DNA of 63,885 nt, the filler included, from Asterionella formosa (taxonomy: Eukaryota): the NCBI GenBank assembly GCA_002256025.1. It is 8 parts of 8 records of this genome, joined end to end, with 100 filler letters (N's around TTAATTAATTAA, not from the genome) between each part and the next. Parts side by side here need not be neighbours in the genome. Positions count along the whole stretch, not along the records: positions 1 to 26,694 come from NKIB01001646.1; 7 more parts are not named here. The stretch is one strand, 5' to 3'. Shown piece by piece: positions 11,177 to 22,150 of the stretch. The notes below the pieces were generated by a model. It had not been told where the DNA came from and did no database searches. It worked only from the letters and a program-made list of their open reading frames with translations. Every line of letters starts with the position of its first letter. The first letter of the stretch is position 1. Made by a program: the position numbers and the translations under genes.

Positions 11177-11859
11177 AAAGCAGTGAAACAAATGTTCATG
11201 TGGCTTTAATATTCATTGCAAAATAGCTAAAATAGAAAATTGGTGGAAACAAAGTGGCACTCGACCGCAGCAACAATATCTCCATGATTTAGTGCCAGAT
11301 AAAAACCCGAACTGCCCATGCATAACCTTCGTACTTCAAGTGGACATAAACTACAAGCAACAATTGATTTATGATTCGTGATTTATATGGTAAAATAGGC
11401 GTATCATCATCGTCATGATGTTGCCACTACTACCGGTTCTGGCAAACATCATATTCCAAGAACATAAATACTACATGGAGAACAAATAACAGCACATACC
11501 GGAATATTTGCATTGTATTAGTTCACCAGAATACATATGGTACTAGTAAATATGTATTCAGGAATGTAGAGACTGCATATATTCTACATCTATAAACCGG
11601 CATATATGTTTCCATGCATTTTTAGTCCTTACATAACAATGCATATGCATACTGGCTGGTATGTACCCTTATTGGCGGTTGGTAAACATTTTCTATGGCT
11701 GACTACTCTGTACGCGCTTTGATTGTGGGGTTTTAGTTTCAGGGAATCAGTTTCACCCTAAAATAGGTCTACCACATCGAATTCCAGCATAATAGTGTCA
11801 AAACAATCATGCCACGAATGAAAGATATATATAGTTATCTATATATATATAGAAAGATT

Positions 11860-12000
11860 GAAATTGGCAATTACATTTAAAAAATGTGTTTGTACTTTTT
11901 TCGATTATTGCTTTTGGCCATCTTGAGCAAAGTTGACATGATGCATGAGGATCCTTTTTTCTTGTGACCACCTCTTCTCAACATTCAAACGAAATAGGAT
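11860..12000. repeat. Dispersed repeat fragment shared with ~45062-45200
   Basis: aaattggcaa...tttttcgatt...gagcaaa...gatgcatgagga(t/c)cc...tttttt colinear in both places. Confidence 0.5.
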
Positions 12001-13110
12001 ATAACTGTAGAATCATTGAAAATAGCCTTAAATTAATCGGAATTCACATGCATTATTTTCGATCCTTACGCTGGTACATGCGGGCCAAAAGTATATAGCA
12101 GCCAGTAGCTTCAGTAATTTGTACTGGTCTAGTAGGAATTGCCTTAAAAGAGTACTAGACAAAAGCTATATCTGAGTTTTGGTTACGAAGCTTTAGTTTA
12201 GTACTCGCCAGTATCAAAGGCAGGCTAAAATTCTAGATGCACGTTTGAAGCTCGAAAACTCGGACCACTTGTAGGGAGTACTGGATAGAAAGAAAAAGAA
12301 AGAAACGAGTTTGAGGAAGCACAAAGAAACGTCAGACCCATAATGGGACATGATGACAAACTAAATTCGCGAGCACAAGACAAGAAAGTAGGCACTGGAT
12401 GTGCATAATATCGACTGCTGGCCTCTTCGACTTAAGTAGCCGACCTGGGCCATTGCTCCAGCAATGCTCAATCATGACTCCAGACGTTCGGTCGTCATAC
12501 AGAAGTAATGTTTGTACACCTTTAGTACAGTTGGTTCGAATCGGTCGTCTCTCAATCGATAATTCATGGGAATTCACATGCATTGTCTTCAATACTTACG
12601 CTTGTTGCTTGCTTGTTACAAATATGATATAAGTATTGCATTGTGTCAATGCATATATCACGACAGTAGGATATACCAGTAGGCATTGCGTTGTGTGGAT
12701 GTGGGCTTAACTATGTATGGTACAGTTCATCCACATAGTTTAATAATATGTATATAGAAATAAAAATTCACCGTAATAGTATAACAACGTTAAATATATC
12801 CAGGAGCTCTAGCTACCAAAGTACCCGTAGATAACAAATAACTCGATGGACCTGACTCTTCCTTTATCCCCGCAACAAGCTTGGACTTGATCTCCAAGTA
12901 GCATAGTAGGGCAGGATCCGTATATCGCAACTGTACTAGGATATTGACATTGCATTGTTGTGCTGATGCATGATATATTACCATGCCGTCACTCATTGTT
13001 ATATTGAAGGTTTAACAGCAGCTATCACCTGTTTCATCATGTTGCACGTTTCTCATCATTATGTTAGGTTAACAACAGCGAACACACAGGACGTTATCAT
13101 TATATGTATA

Positions 13111-13326
13111 AAATATTAAATAAATTTTATAGTACGCTATTGTTAAAGAACTCGACATTGTGGAGGTTGTGAAGTCGCACTTGGCCCCCCAGAGGGCCTT
13201 AGACCTCCTGCTTGTTGTCTGCCTCACCACCCAGAACCCAAGGGACTACATAAACAAAGCAGGTGGAGAATGCTCCAATCAAACCCGCAACCTCGGCAGG
13301 TGAGCTAACCAACTAAGCTATTCCCC
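13111..13326 (-). mobile_element. tRNA-Ala-derived SINE-like element, copy 1 (216 bp)
   Basis: Minus strand GGGGAATAGCTTAGTTGG (A box)...GCGGGTTTGATT (B-box-like)...GCATTCTCCA; 17-bp flanking direct repeat ttatcattatatgtata (13094-13110) / ttttcactatatgtata (13327-13343), 15/17 identical; homologous to 16278-16514. Confidence 0.8.
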
Positions 13327-14106
13327 TTTTCACTATATGTATATATCCGATTTGTTTTTCTCTGTTGATCAATTATCGAAATCGGAAAAGGATTTTGGTG
13401 GTACACCAAGCCCTTCACTCATCCACTGTTCAGCCTTATTTTCAAATTGGCTCATTGACAAATTCCAAAAATGTAATGTAATGATGAGGATGAATCAGCA
13501 AGAAGTGAGAAACTTTCCACTTTTACACTTTCCAACCTAATGACAGCGACAAAAGATGGAAAAGCTTCTTAAAGCAGTAGAACAATCTTTTGTGACCTCA
13601 CACAGATCAGATTCATTTGAACTAGTTAATAACTCTCACCATTGCAGAATTTCCTATCCCAAGCAACACTATGGTGGATGACTGACATAGGGCATGATCA
13701 GTGATTTTAGAACTTTTTCTTTCGATTTCAAAATAAATTTTCGACTGTATTACCTTATTAAGGTTGTGCATTAGCAGCAGAGGTGCTTGTCTTAGAGTCA
13801 TGTACTGGAAGAAAATCATAGTATTTTTAACATTAAGAGCTAATGCTCGAAGGAGCGCATAGTATGGTCCCAATGATTCGTTGCATGCCTGCCAGACGAG
13901 ATAGGCCAGGTTTCGATGGAAATAATAATCCTTAAGTAAATCAGAAAAGCGTCACTCTTATTGACCGATGAAGATTTGCAGAATCAGTCTCTGAACACGA
14001 TTCGGATTTGCTGACTGATGAACCTACGTTCCCCAAACCGTCTTCTGGCTTCGTTATAAAAATAGGATTCATCTCTTTCAACGTTTAGAACTTGCTGGCA
14101 ATGACT

Positions 14107-14766
14107 GATGTTTCGATTTGTTTCTATATATTTAACGCTACAGTGTAGTTCTTGTGAGTGGCTGGAGACTCCTGCATCATGCCATCTCCACCTTGACCAT
14201 GTTGAAAATGGAGAATTTCTCCACGATAAAATGAGAATGATACTTTGCAATTGGGTACATATATCCAACACGACATAGATAATACAATTGTCAAACTATT
14301 AATGTAATTGACAACGAAAATTGAAGTCGCCGATGGCCATTTCTTCCTGTAGTTTAGACGATGCACAATTCAAAATGACGAAGTTACGCCGAGATTTAAC
14401 ACTTTCACAGTATGCAACACTCTACACTACTGCAATCTGTAGGTTAAACTAAATTTTTCTCGATTTTTTTAATTCTCCATATAACCATATCAATCATAGA
14501 CCATTGAAATTTTCAATATGTCTCTTTCGTTTAATGTTACTGAACCAGTTGGTGACTAGTACATATGACTAGAAATCTGCTGATAACGACTAGAACTTGC
14601 TGACAACGATAAGAGATTGCTCACTAAGACTAGAAGTTACTGATTGGTGAATTCCATTAATAAATCGTCTTCCAGTTGCTACCAGCTGTAGTAGGTGAAC
14701 ACGATTTCGATGATCAAAGCACGACTTGGATTCAATGATTGATGATTTAACATTATAGAACTTAAC
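14107..14766. repeat. Degenerate dispersed repeat (family R), inverted relative to 19150-19893; fragments at ~13880-13950, ~20220-20350, ~21640-21830, ~25680-25770
   Basis: Colinear reverse-complement similarity, e.g. gtgtagttcttgtg...ctcctgcatcatgcc; internal ~20-bp gactagaa...tgctga tandem units at 14565-14645 and 19345-19455. Confidence 0.75.
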
Positions 14767-14997
14767 TGAAGCGAGTTAGGAATTTAAAGCCAGCCTAGTA
14801 TCTAGTCCGGTAGGCATTGGACGAGTTATTGGGATTGAGTCGAAACTGAGTGAGGGCGCATAAAACGCGCTCTACCGGGCCTTCCAGGTGGGTTTTATTC
14901 TTAGGTAGAATCTTATGAGCTAGCTAGCGGAAATCCCTAGACCACTTACTTTTCTCTTCTAGCCTTCTTGCTAGATAAATTAATTGAAATTCTTTCA
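14767..14997. mobile_element. Possible solo LTR (231 bp)
   Basis: TGAA...TTCA termini; near-duplicated flanks cttaac/attaac; sits where homology of repeat R stops. Confidence 0.4.
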
Positions 14998-16277
14998 ATT
15001 AACACACTGTTTCCTCAATTGCTTATTCCAAAATTATAAGCTTAACAAAATGTTTGCTTTCTATGCATCTTTGCTTCCCCCAAAGTCATTCTAAAAATCT
15101 CTTAGCGAATTTACACTTAACATTTCCATAGAAGTTTTCAATCTTTGATATAGTTAGATAGCTGATTGGCGTGGCAATGCATAATTCAATTTGTTGAATT
15201 ATATTTGACTCCACAATCCTCGTGACTCGAACTTGAAAAATTCTTGACAGCACCACACAGGAAACGAAAATAACTTGTATTGGAATCCAATACAAGGTGA
15301 AAAATAATTTACCAAAACAAAATTGACCTTGTATTGGGTAGCTTCATCGTTAGGGTTGCGAATCCGTGCTTTAGCCGATATAAGGAAATAGGCTCTTTTT
15401 CCCAATACAAGGTTTTTCACGAAATGACCGGATTTTTTCAATACAAGGTATGAATAGTTTACCCGAAATGGGGTTCAATACCCGATACAAGGTTTAACTT
15501 GTATTTTTTTACTATTTCGCATCCACCTTGTATTGGTTAACCAATCAGATCATCAGTTCCAATTGGAGGTATGCCTTGTTTTGGACATGCCCATACAAGG
15601 TGTACCTTGATTTTGACCCAATAAGCAAGTCATTTGCGAATCTCATTATTAAAGTATGAGGATAATCTTTTCAGGCTGGTAGCATAATTCTATATTCTTT
15701 TACCAACATTAATAGTTACTTTGCTACATTACTGACGATTCCTACAGCAATAGATAATTTCAGGAAATGTTTGAATCATCTGTTGGAAATCGAGCCCAAG
15801 CATTGCCATCATCGCAATTCACCAATCATTTACCAATCAATGCGTATTTGAGCTCTCTGAATGATGTTGACAGTGAATCCCTTCAATGACAGAAGCAAGA
15901 GCACAGTTGAGAAATAGCATGCACGAACAATGTAACAACAAAACCTTCACCAACTTGGACTACTTACATCATTTTGCATCAAACAACCGGAGCTGACTGT
16001 TTCCTTTCCAATCACTCAACAATTCACTGATTCATCAATTGCATCGAAAGGAGCATTAAAAGTGAGATGGCGTTTCTGAAGCAATCTTGATCTGAAAAGA
16101 ATCGCGATGATAGTTGAGAAATAACGCACAAGCAAGTTTTTGTTATGTCCAAGAAAATGGCAGGAACGGCATGCTACTATGGCGTGAAACAATTTCAAAA
16201 CAATTTCAATTCCTTTAATATTGCACCTTACCCATGATTGTAAGCATTCCCTGTTCAGCTGAAGACGATGAAACAGT

Positions 16278-16514
16278 CTGGAATGTTTTGATGGTTAGCA
16301 CACCCACTGTGGTGGCGGGTTCGATTCCTGCATTCTCTACCTGTCTTTTTATGTAGTCCCTAAGGTTCCGGGAGGTGCGGCAGACGAAAAGACAGGTCCC
16401 GTTGTACCGTACGGACGAATAAAACCGGTACTAATTGTGTCTATCTAGTTGGTGGGCCCGAGTGCAATTATTGGATAGCTTTAATGTACTATAAAATTTC
16501 ATTGACATTTTTTT
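16278..16514 (+). mobile_element. tRNA-Ala-derived SINE-like element, copy 2 (237 bp)
   Basis: Intact T-arm/B box GCGGGTTCGATTCCTGC then ATTCTCTA; perfect 19-bp TSD ctgaagacgatgaaacagt at 16259-16277 and 16515-16533; shares TGGTTAGC, TATGTAGTCCC, GGCAGAC, AGTGC and GTACTATAAAATTT with copy 1; ends in T7. Confidence 0.82.
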
Positions 16515-17412
16515 CTGAAGACGATGAAACAGTGAGAAATGGTTTCCGCACATCATTGTAAAGGATAAGAAATAACTTGGAGGTATCATTTTTGTTATTT
16601 CAATAAATTGCGTCGACTCAGTGATGATTTGTTCCCTGTATACTGTGCTATAGAATATAGTACAGAATAGTTTTAGGTACAAGATTCATATGCCAGCCAG
16701 ACAAAGAAATTGAAAGTATACATTACTGTATGATCATATGACATAAACCAAAAATGATGGCTTATATGATCAATACGCATTGCAGACCCATAGCCTAGCC
16801 GAATTTTGAAAGTATGCATTAATGAATGATCATATAATTGAAAAAACATTTTTATTTAATCAATATGCATTATTACTTTGATATCGTATGTACATTTGGT
16901 TGACCTTGAATTGCGAAATATTGTCACTTTGTATTGGAAATTTTGACCATGCATAGGGATGAGACTTAGTACTGCCAAAACCCAATACATGGGCAAACTT
17001 TATTGGAAAAAATTGTCACCTTGTATTGGAACTCATGACCTTGGATTGGGATGTGACGTAGTACAGCCAATACCCAATACAGGCGGGGCGACCTTGAATA
17101 GCAAAATGTCACCATCTTGTATTGGGAAATAAAGAGAGCCCATTACAGGGAATACCTTGTATTGGATGATATTCTCATGACAAATAAAGGAACACCTTGA
17201 ATTGGAGTGATACCTGGAGTTGTTTTTCACCTTGTATTGGACTTGACATACCGTCCTTTCGCCAACATTACAAGGTTAACCTTGTATTGGAATGGTATAT
17301 CACCTTGTATTGAAAAAATCAAATGGCCGATATCTTGTATTGGAAAACGTTGCGACGCCCAATACAAGGTATGCCTGGATTTTGAGGACCAAAACCGGTT
17401 GAAAACGTAGTA

Positions 17413-18255
17413 CCAGTAAAAACCTGCATTGACCCCCTGGGAAAATTTTCGAACTGCATTGACCCACTGACGGTATAAAAACACGTTTTGTTATGAAAAA
17501 TCATTCATTTTCTATTTCTTAAGCTCCAGAATGTATCTTGAGCATATACCGGATGGAGTCATACTGTTAGTTCTCAACCGATTTGACGTCGATCTTTCGT
17601 TAATTTAGGTCAAAAGTGGCGATAGGAAAAAAAGTGAAAAGCACAGATTAGTCAAATTTAGAGTTCTCATCTTATATTGTGTACAACGATAGATATAAAT
17701 TTCTCGTGTTTTATGTCTTATCCATAACCTTGTCAATAATAATTCTGTAAATAAAAATTGATGAAACCCGGTGTGGCCATGTAATACCAGTATCTATGTA
17801 GGCAGACCATTATAAGTGGTACGAAGTACATGGTACGTGGTACCTATATGTACCCGTGGCTGGGCACAAAACTGATACATCTATAGTACCAGGAATGGTA
17901 CTGGTACGGTACCGGTACAATGTACCGGTATCACGTATGGAGCATCATGCATTTATGTCTTTTCGCTTTGAACCAAACAGGATAATCCGTGTTCACCAAC
18001 AAATATAAAATTACTCTCAGGTATGTTAAAAATTTCATATACTGCATTGACCCACTGAGACTGAATTTTACGTCTAGATGAATATAAATATCTTCTGAAC
18101 CAGATGTTCAATTTAACTAGGAAATGGATGCTAATGTACCGACGCCTTATGCCATCAATACTTCCGAACAGATTTCAGAGAGAGGTGAGCTAAGTGTTAG
18201 TCGAACTAATCAAACGAATGGGATACAACTGTGGGTCAATGCAGTCTTTTACTGG
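17413..18255. mobile_element. MITE A (843 bp), Tc1/mariner-type TA TSD
   Basis: TA|CCAGTAAAAACCTGCATTGACCC ... GGGTCAATGCAGTCTTTTACTGG|TA; internal ACTGCATTGACCCACTGA repeats at ~17453 and ~18041; diverged partial copy from ~24177. Confidence 0.85.
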
Positions 18256-18257
18256 TA

Positions 18258-18989
18258 CCACTTAAAAACTGTAAGCCACCGTTATTTTGCTCCATCTTCC
18301 GACTAAAAAATATTCAAGTAATATTACAATCGAATCCTGATACAAGTACGAAGTGTATGTTACACGATGCACTCTATTCTACGAATAAGTAATCAGTTTC
18401 GATTCAGTGTATAAAGCCATGAAGATCTAATTTTTTAAAGTCATTAAGATTGTTGCATAGCGGTGGCTTACAGTGTATACTTTTCTATCCATACATGAGT
18501 ATATTTTCCCCCCAAACCGTGATTTTTTTTACTCCGTTTATACTACAGAAATTATTTTCGTATTACTTTACCTTTTTTGCGCGATGCAGTATGCTTTTTG
18601 CGCTTGCATCATCACCGAATTCTTCTGATGCATAATGTATTCGAAAGCAAAATGACTTCGTACACACATTTAATAATACTAAATTAATTCTATGGGAAGA
18701 ATATTAATATTTTTGTCCATATACTTGTGCATGTGTAGAAAAGACGATGCCAGCACAATAGAGTAAACATGAAATTTTCCATTTTTCGCAATTTCGCGTC
18801 GACAGCAACCTTTGGTCCATAAAAAGTAGTTAACAACTTGCTTACACAATGCAACAATACAAGTACGTACGTATTTACTTGCTATATAAATCTGAACAAC
18901 TCCTTTGTCACAATAATTAATGTATCTTCCAAACTAAGTTCAAACCGTGCGTTTACTCCGTTTAGCGGTGGCTTACAGTTTTTAAGTGG
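18258..18989. mobile_element. MITE B (732 bp), Tc1/mariner-type TA TSD
   Basis: Perfect 24-bp TIRs TA|CCACTTAAAAACTGTAAGCCACCG ... CGGTGGCTTACAGTTTTTAAGTGG|TA; internal partial copy at ~18458. Confidence 0.9.
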
Positions 18990-19149
18990 TACCCAAAATG
19001 GGGCGGTACTTTCGTTTCCTGTGTAGTCATGGGGTTACGACATATATACCTGTACCAGGTAGTACTATAGTGGTACCTGGAAGCCTGGAAGGTGCGGTAG
19101 CGCACGTTCTATGCGCACCTTTCACTTTCGACGCATTCCCAAGAGATCG

Positions 19150-19893
19150 TCTCATGCCTGCTGGACGAGATAGACTGGCATTTCAATCCAAACTCTCTTA
19201 AGTAACTTTCTTCAATGTTAAATTAACATTCATTAAATCCAAGTCGTCTTCTGATACTCGAAATCGTGTTCACCTAGTACTCATAGGTAATGGTATTCAG
19301 CAACTGGATGACGGTTTGCTAATGGAATTTACTAATCAATAACTTCTAGTCGTAGTAGTCAGCAGTTTCTGGTCATAGTCAGCAGTTTCTACTTGTAGTC
19401 AGCAGTTTCTACTCGTAGTCAGCAAATTCTCGTCGCCATCATCTGGATTTCTAGTCGCATGTCCATGATCAGCTATCATAAACAAAGAGTTATTTTGAAA
19501 ATGTCAATGTACTATTAATGGACATTACTTAAATAGAGAATCAAACAAAATTTCGTTCGACCGACAGATCACCGTAGTGCAGCGAAAGTGTCAATTCTGT
19601 TTGTACTTTCGTCTTTTTGAATTGTGCATCATCTAAACTACGTAAAGCAATGCGCAATCAGCTTATTCAATTTTCGTTGTCAATATTAGTGTTATTGCAA
19701 TTATTCTTTTCGATTGTATTATTTATGTTATGTTGATATATTTATCGAATAGCGCAGTGTCGTTTTCATTTTCCATGTGAGAAATTCGTTATTTTCGGAA
19801 TGGTTAAACCAGAGACGGCATGATGCAGGATTCTCCAGCTACACACAAGAACTACACTATAGCGTTTAATATACAGAAAGAAATCGCAACCTC
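19150..19893. repeat. Degenerate dispersed repeat (family R), second long copy
   Basis: Reverse complement of 14107-14766 over ~650 bp, plus similarity to 13880-13950. Confidence 0.75.
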
Positions 19894-20407
19894 TAGGCTA
19901 ATTAATTATATACTAGCATTTATAAGGGCTACCTTGTTGGGTACCAGGTACCCTCAAAATATATATCCTATGTAGCTATCACAGTACTATACATCATGTG
20001 ATAGTGATATGTATTATACTGCAACAAGTATGGTAGTATGTATATCGGTACCCCGGTACTAGGCTGTTGCATCTGGAATGATAATGATTGTGACCAAGGA
20101 TATAGATATGACATTACATTTGCTTATCTGTAGTATTCTTGGCAAGGCTATCAGGGGGTAGTGGTTGTGCTTGTTCAAGTAAATACTTCATAGGAATACG
20201 GGTCATTCAGACAATCTATTCTTATTAGCAAATTCTAGTCGTTGTTAGCAAATTCTAGCCGTAGTCAGCAAGTTCTAGTAACGTTTTCCTAAATTACTTA
20301 AGGAATATTATTCTTATGGAAAGCTGGCCTATCTCATCTGGCAGGCATGTGACGGTCCATTGGGTGTGCGTCGAAACTGAAAGATGCACATAGCTTGCGG
20401 TACAACA

Positions 20408-20492
20408 ACCAGATGCAGTTATTTTGCTTAAAAAAAATATTGGATAAAGACAGCTAAATCTCTAGATCACCAAAATTACTGCAACTTGCTGG
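20408..20492. mobile_element. Degenerate ~90-bp mini-MITE (family M)
   Basis: tgcagttattttgcttaaa...ggataaagacagctaaa...caaaattactgcaacttgctgg|ta, colinear with 62421-62516. Confidence 0.6.
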
Positions 20493-20534
20493 TACAGGTA
20501 CCTACCCTGGTACACGCACAAGGGAATGATGCAA

Positions 20535-20760
20535 TGGGCGCGCTTCGAAAAAAAAATATTATATCATGTGTATTATAACATAAATTACTGTACTCATAAC
20601 CCCAAAATTTGGTCAACACAATCACAAATATTATAACAGTTAGAAATAACAGGGCATTATATAAAATTATGTTCATTCATGTATGACTACATATAATTTG
20701 CCGGAATATTTCAAGATTTGCTTGCTTATACCTGAAATGGCCTGCTCTCAGCAAAAAATG
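20535..20760. repeat. ~230-bp repeat, inverted relative to 25197-25426
   Basis: tgggcgcgcttcgaaa...gtactcataacccaaaa...tttcaagatttgc...gaaatggc(c/t)tgctctca in both copies. Confidence 0.75.
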
Positions 20761-21407
20761 TATGCATATATGTGCCTACCAGTACATAAACTCATCAATC
20801 AAACTTAAGGTAGTCTATCTATGTGTTCACCAATGGTTGTCCATTTATGTTGCAATCCTGTCTTCATCCTCATCTGGAAAAAGGATGAAGGGAGGTCAGA
20901 GATGGCATCCCTTCCTTTCCAAGACTTCTTGAATGACAACGACGACATTCAACCACCAAGCAACCGATCTTCTTGTCTTGTTAACCGCTGCAAGCGGTCC
21001 TAAGTAAGATGCTACAATTCGAGCTCAAGTCTTTTTTGACCACATGAAAGATTTTGATTATATTGTTCCCAACACCATCAGTTATAATATCTTAATCTAG
21101 GCATATGCGAAAAATGGAGGTGATAAAACTCTTGGCTCAATTTCAATTTCGTTTAAGAAGCTCACAATGCTGAGGGAGTTTTGCTGGATTCTACTTTTCA
21201 GTGGTGGAATATCGTCTTTTTCATGTTTCGGGATGTGTGGGGCTATGGCGGCAGCAAAGAAAAATGACCAGGAGATCGGAAGAAATATGATGATGGCACA
21301 CTCAGTATGATTGTAGTTGCAACTATCTATAATGCATTGATCATCAGCGTAGCAAAACGGGAGAAATTGATGCTCCTGTAGTACCGTATACTTCATTGTA
21401 CCAGGTA

Positions 21408-21966
21408 CTGGACCCCCCAATGTACACTGCCGTGACTGAATTTGACTGATTTTGCTTAAGGGGGAGGGGGGGCCAGGACAATGAAGAGATTTCCCTTATA
21501 ATGGACCTAAGTAAATTTCTTTAGTTCTACAGGATAGCGCACATTTTTCTAAGATGTTTTAACATGACAATTATTTCCGTCTTGTGAAAAAAGAGAGAGT
21601 TCTTCACCTCGCAAGAAAAACGCGACTTCATGTTGTTATCGGCGATCTCAATTTTCGTTGTCATTATTTGAGTTATTACTTTACTTCTTTTACGATTGTA
21701 TTTTCCATGTTGTTCTTAATACAGGTAGCAAGTAGCAAAGCGTCGTTCTCTATTTTCGTGGAGATATTTCGTATTTTTGTCATGGTCAAGGTTGCGACAA
21801 CATCATGAAGGATTCTCCAGCTGCTCACAGCCACTACCTGTCGTCTGTGGGGTCCAGCAACCATTGGGGGGGGGGGGCCAGNNNNNNNNNNACCCCCCAA
21901 TGTACACTGCCGTGACTGAATTTGACTGATTTTGCTTACGGGGGAGGGGGGTCCAGGACAATGAAG
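21408..21966. repeat. MITE-like element with ctgg(a)cccccc-aatg / catt-G(n)-ccag ends, plus a 75-bp direct repeat across a 10-N gap
   Basis: 21412-21486 repeated at 21892-21966 with 2 mismatches; inverted terminus at ~21862-21881. Confidence 0.5.
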
Positions 21967-21994
21967 TATACGGTACTTGCTGAAGAAAAAGTTT

Positions 21995-22150
21995 GATTTT
22001 AATGGAAAGCAAAGCTGCAAATGGTCTGATGGGCCACTGATTATTTCCGGAAATGATTTTTCAAGCGATGTTCTTGTCGGCGTGGCGAGCTGGGGGATAT
22101 GGATGGGCTATACCCGCCGGATTCCCAGGAGTATCGTTTGCAGTGTATCA
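21995..22150 (+). pseudogene. Trypsin-like (S1) serine protease C-terminal remnant
   Basis: GKQSC..SDGPLII...DVLVGVASWG, then frameshifted YGWA..GFPGV; decayed version of GKDSCQGDSGGPL...LVGVVSWG.GCA...PGVY. Confidence 0.65.

Larger units (their letters stand above)
15256..19023. mobile_element. Non-autonomous CAC...GTG DNA transposon (CACTA/EnSpm-like) with subterminal CCTTGTATTG arrays; carries a nested SINE and two MITEs
   Basis: TIR CACAGGAAACGAAA at 15256 and TTTCGTTTCCTGTG ending 19023; more than 20 copies of CCTTGTATTG/CAATACAAGG variants at 15270-15620 and 16900-17375; flanks CA / TA. Confidence 0.65.

Noticed and set aside
13264..13326. Functional tRNA-Ala gene
   Set aside because: No anticodon arm and a disrupted T-stem in this copy; embedded in a TSD-flanked repeat, so treated as a SINE head
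16259..16277. Hammerhead ribozyme core (CTGAAGA-cgat-GAAA), repeated at 16515
   Set aside because: No pairable stem II or convincing stems I/III; the duplication is explained as the SINE TSD
5384..16514. Functional link between alanine racemase and the alanine-tRNA-like SINEs
   Set aside because: 6-9 kb apart with other genes and elements between; tRNA-Ala is a common SINE ancestor, so proximity is probably coincidence
15270..17375. CRISPR-like array from recurring CCTTGTATTG
   Set aside because: Repeat is only 10 bp, in both orientations with irregular spacing; eukaryotic context and no cas genes
14107..19893. One large Mutator/foldback element with ~650-bp TIRs
   Set aside because: No TSD at the outer ends, copies strongly diverged, and more fragments of the family lie nearby in both orientations
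21412..21966. TRIM/LTR pair from the 75-bp direct repeat
   Set aside because: No TG...CA ends, PBS or PPT; second copy starts exactly at a 10-N gap, so allelic overlap or an adjacent MITE end is likelier
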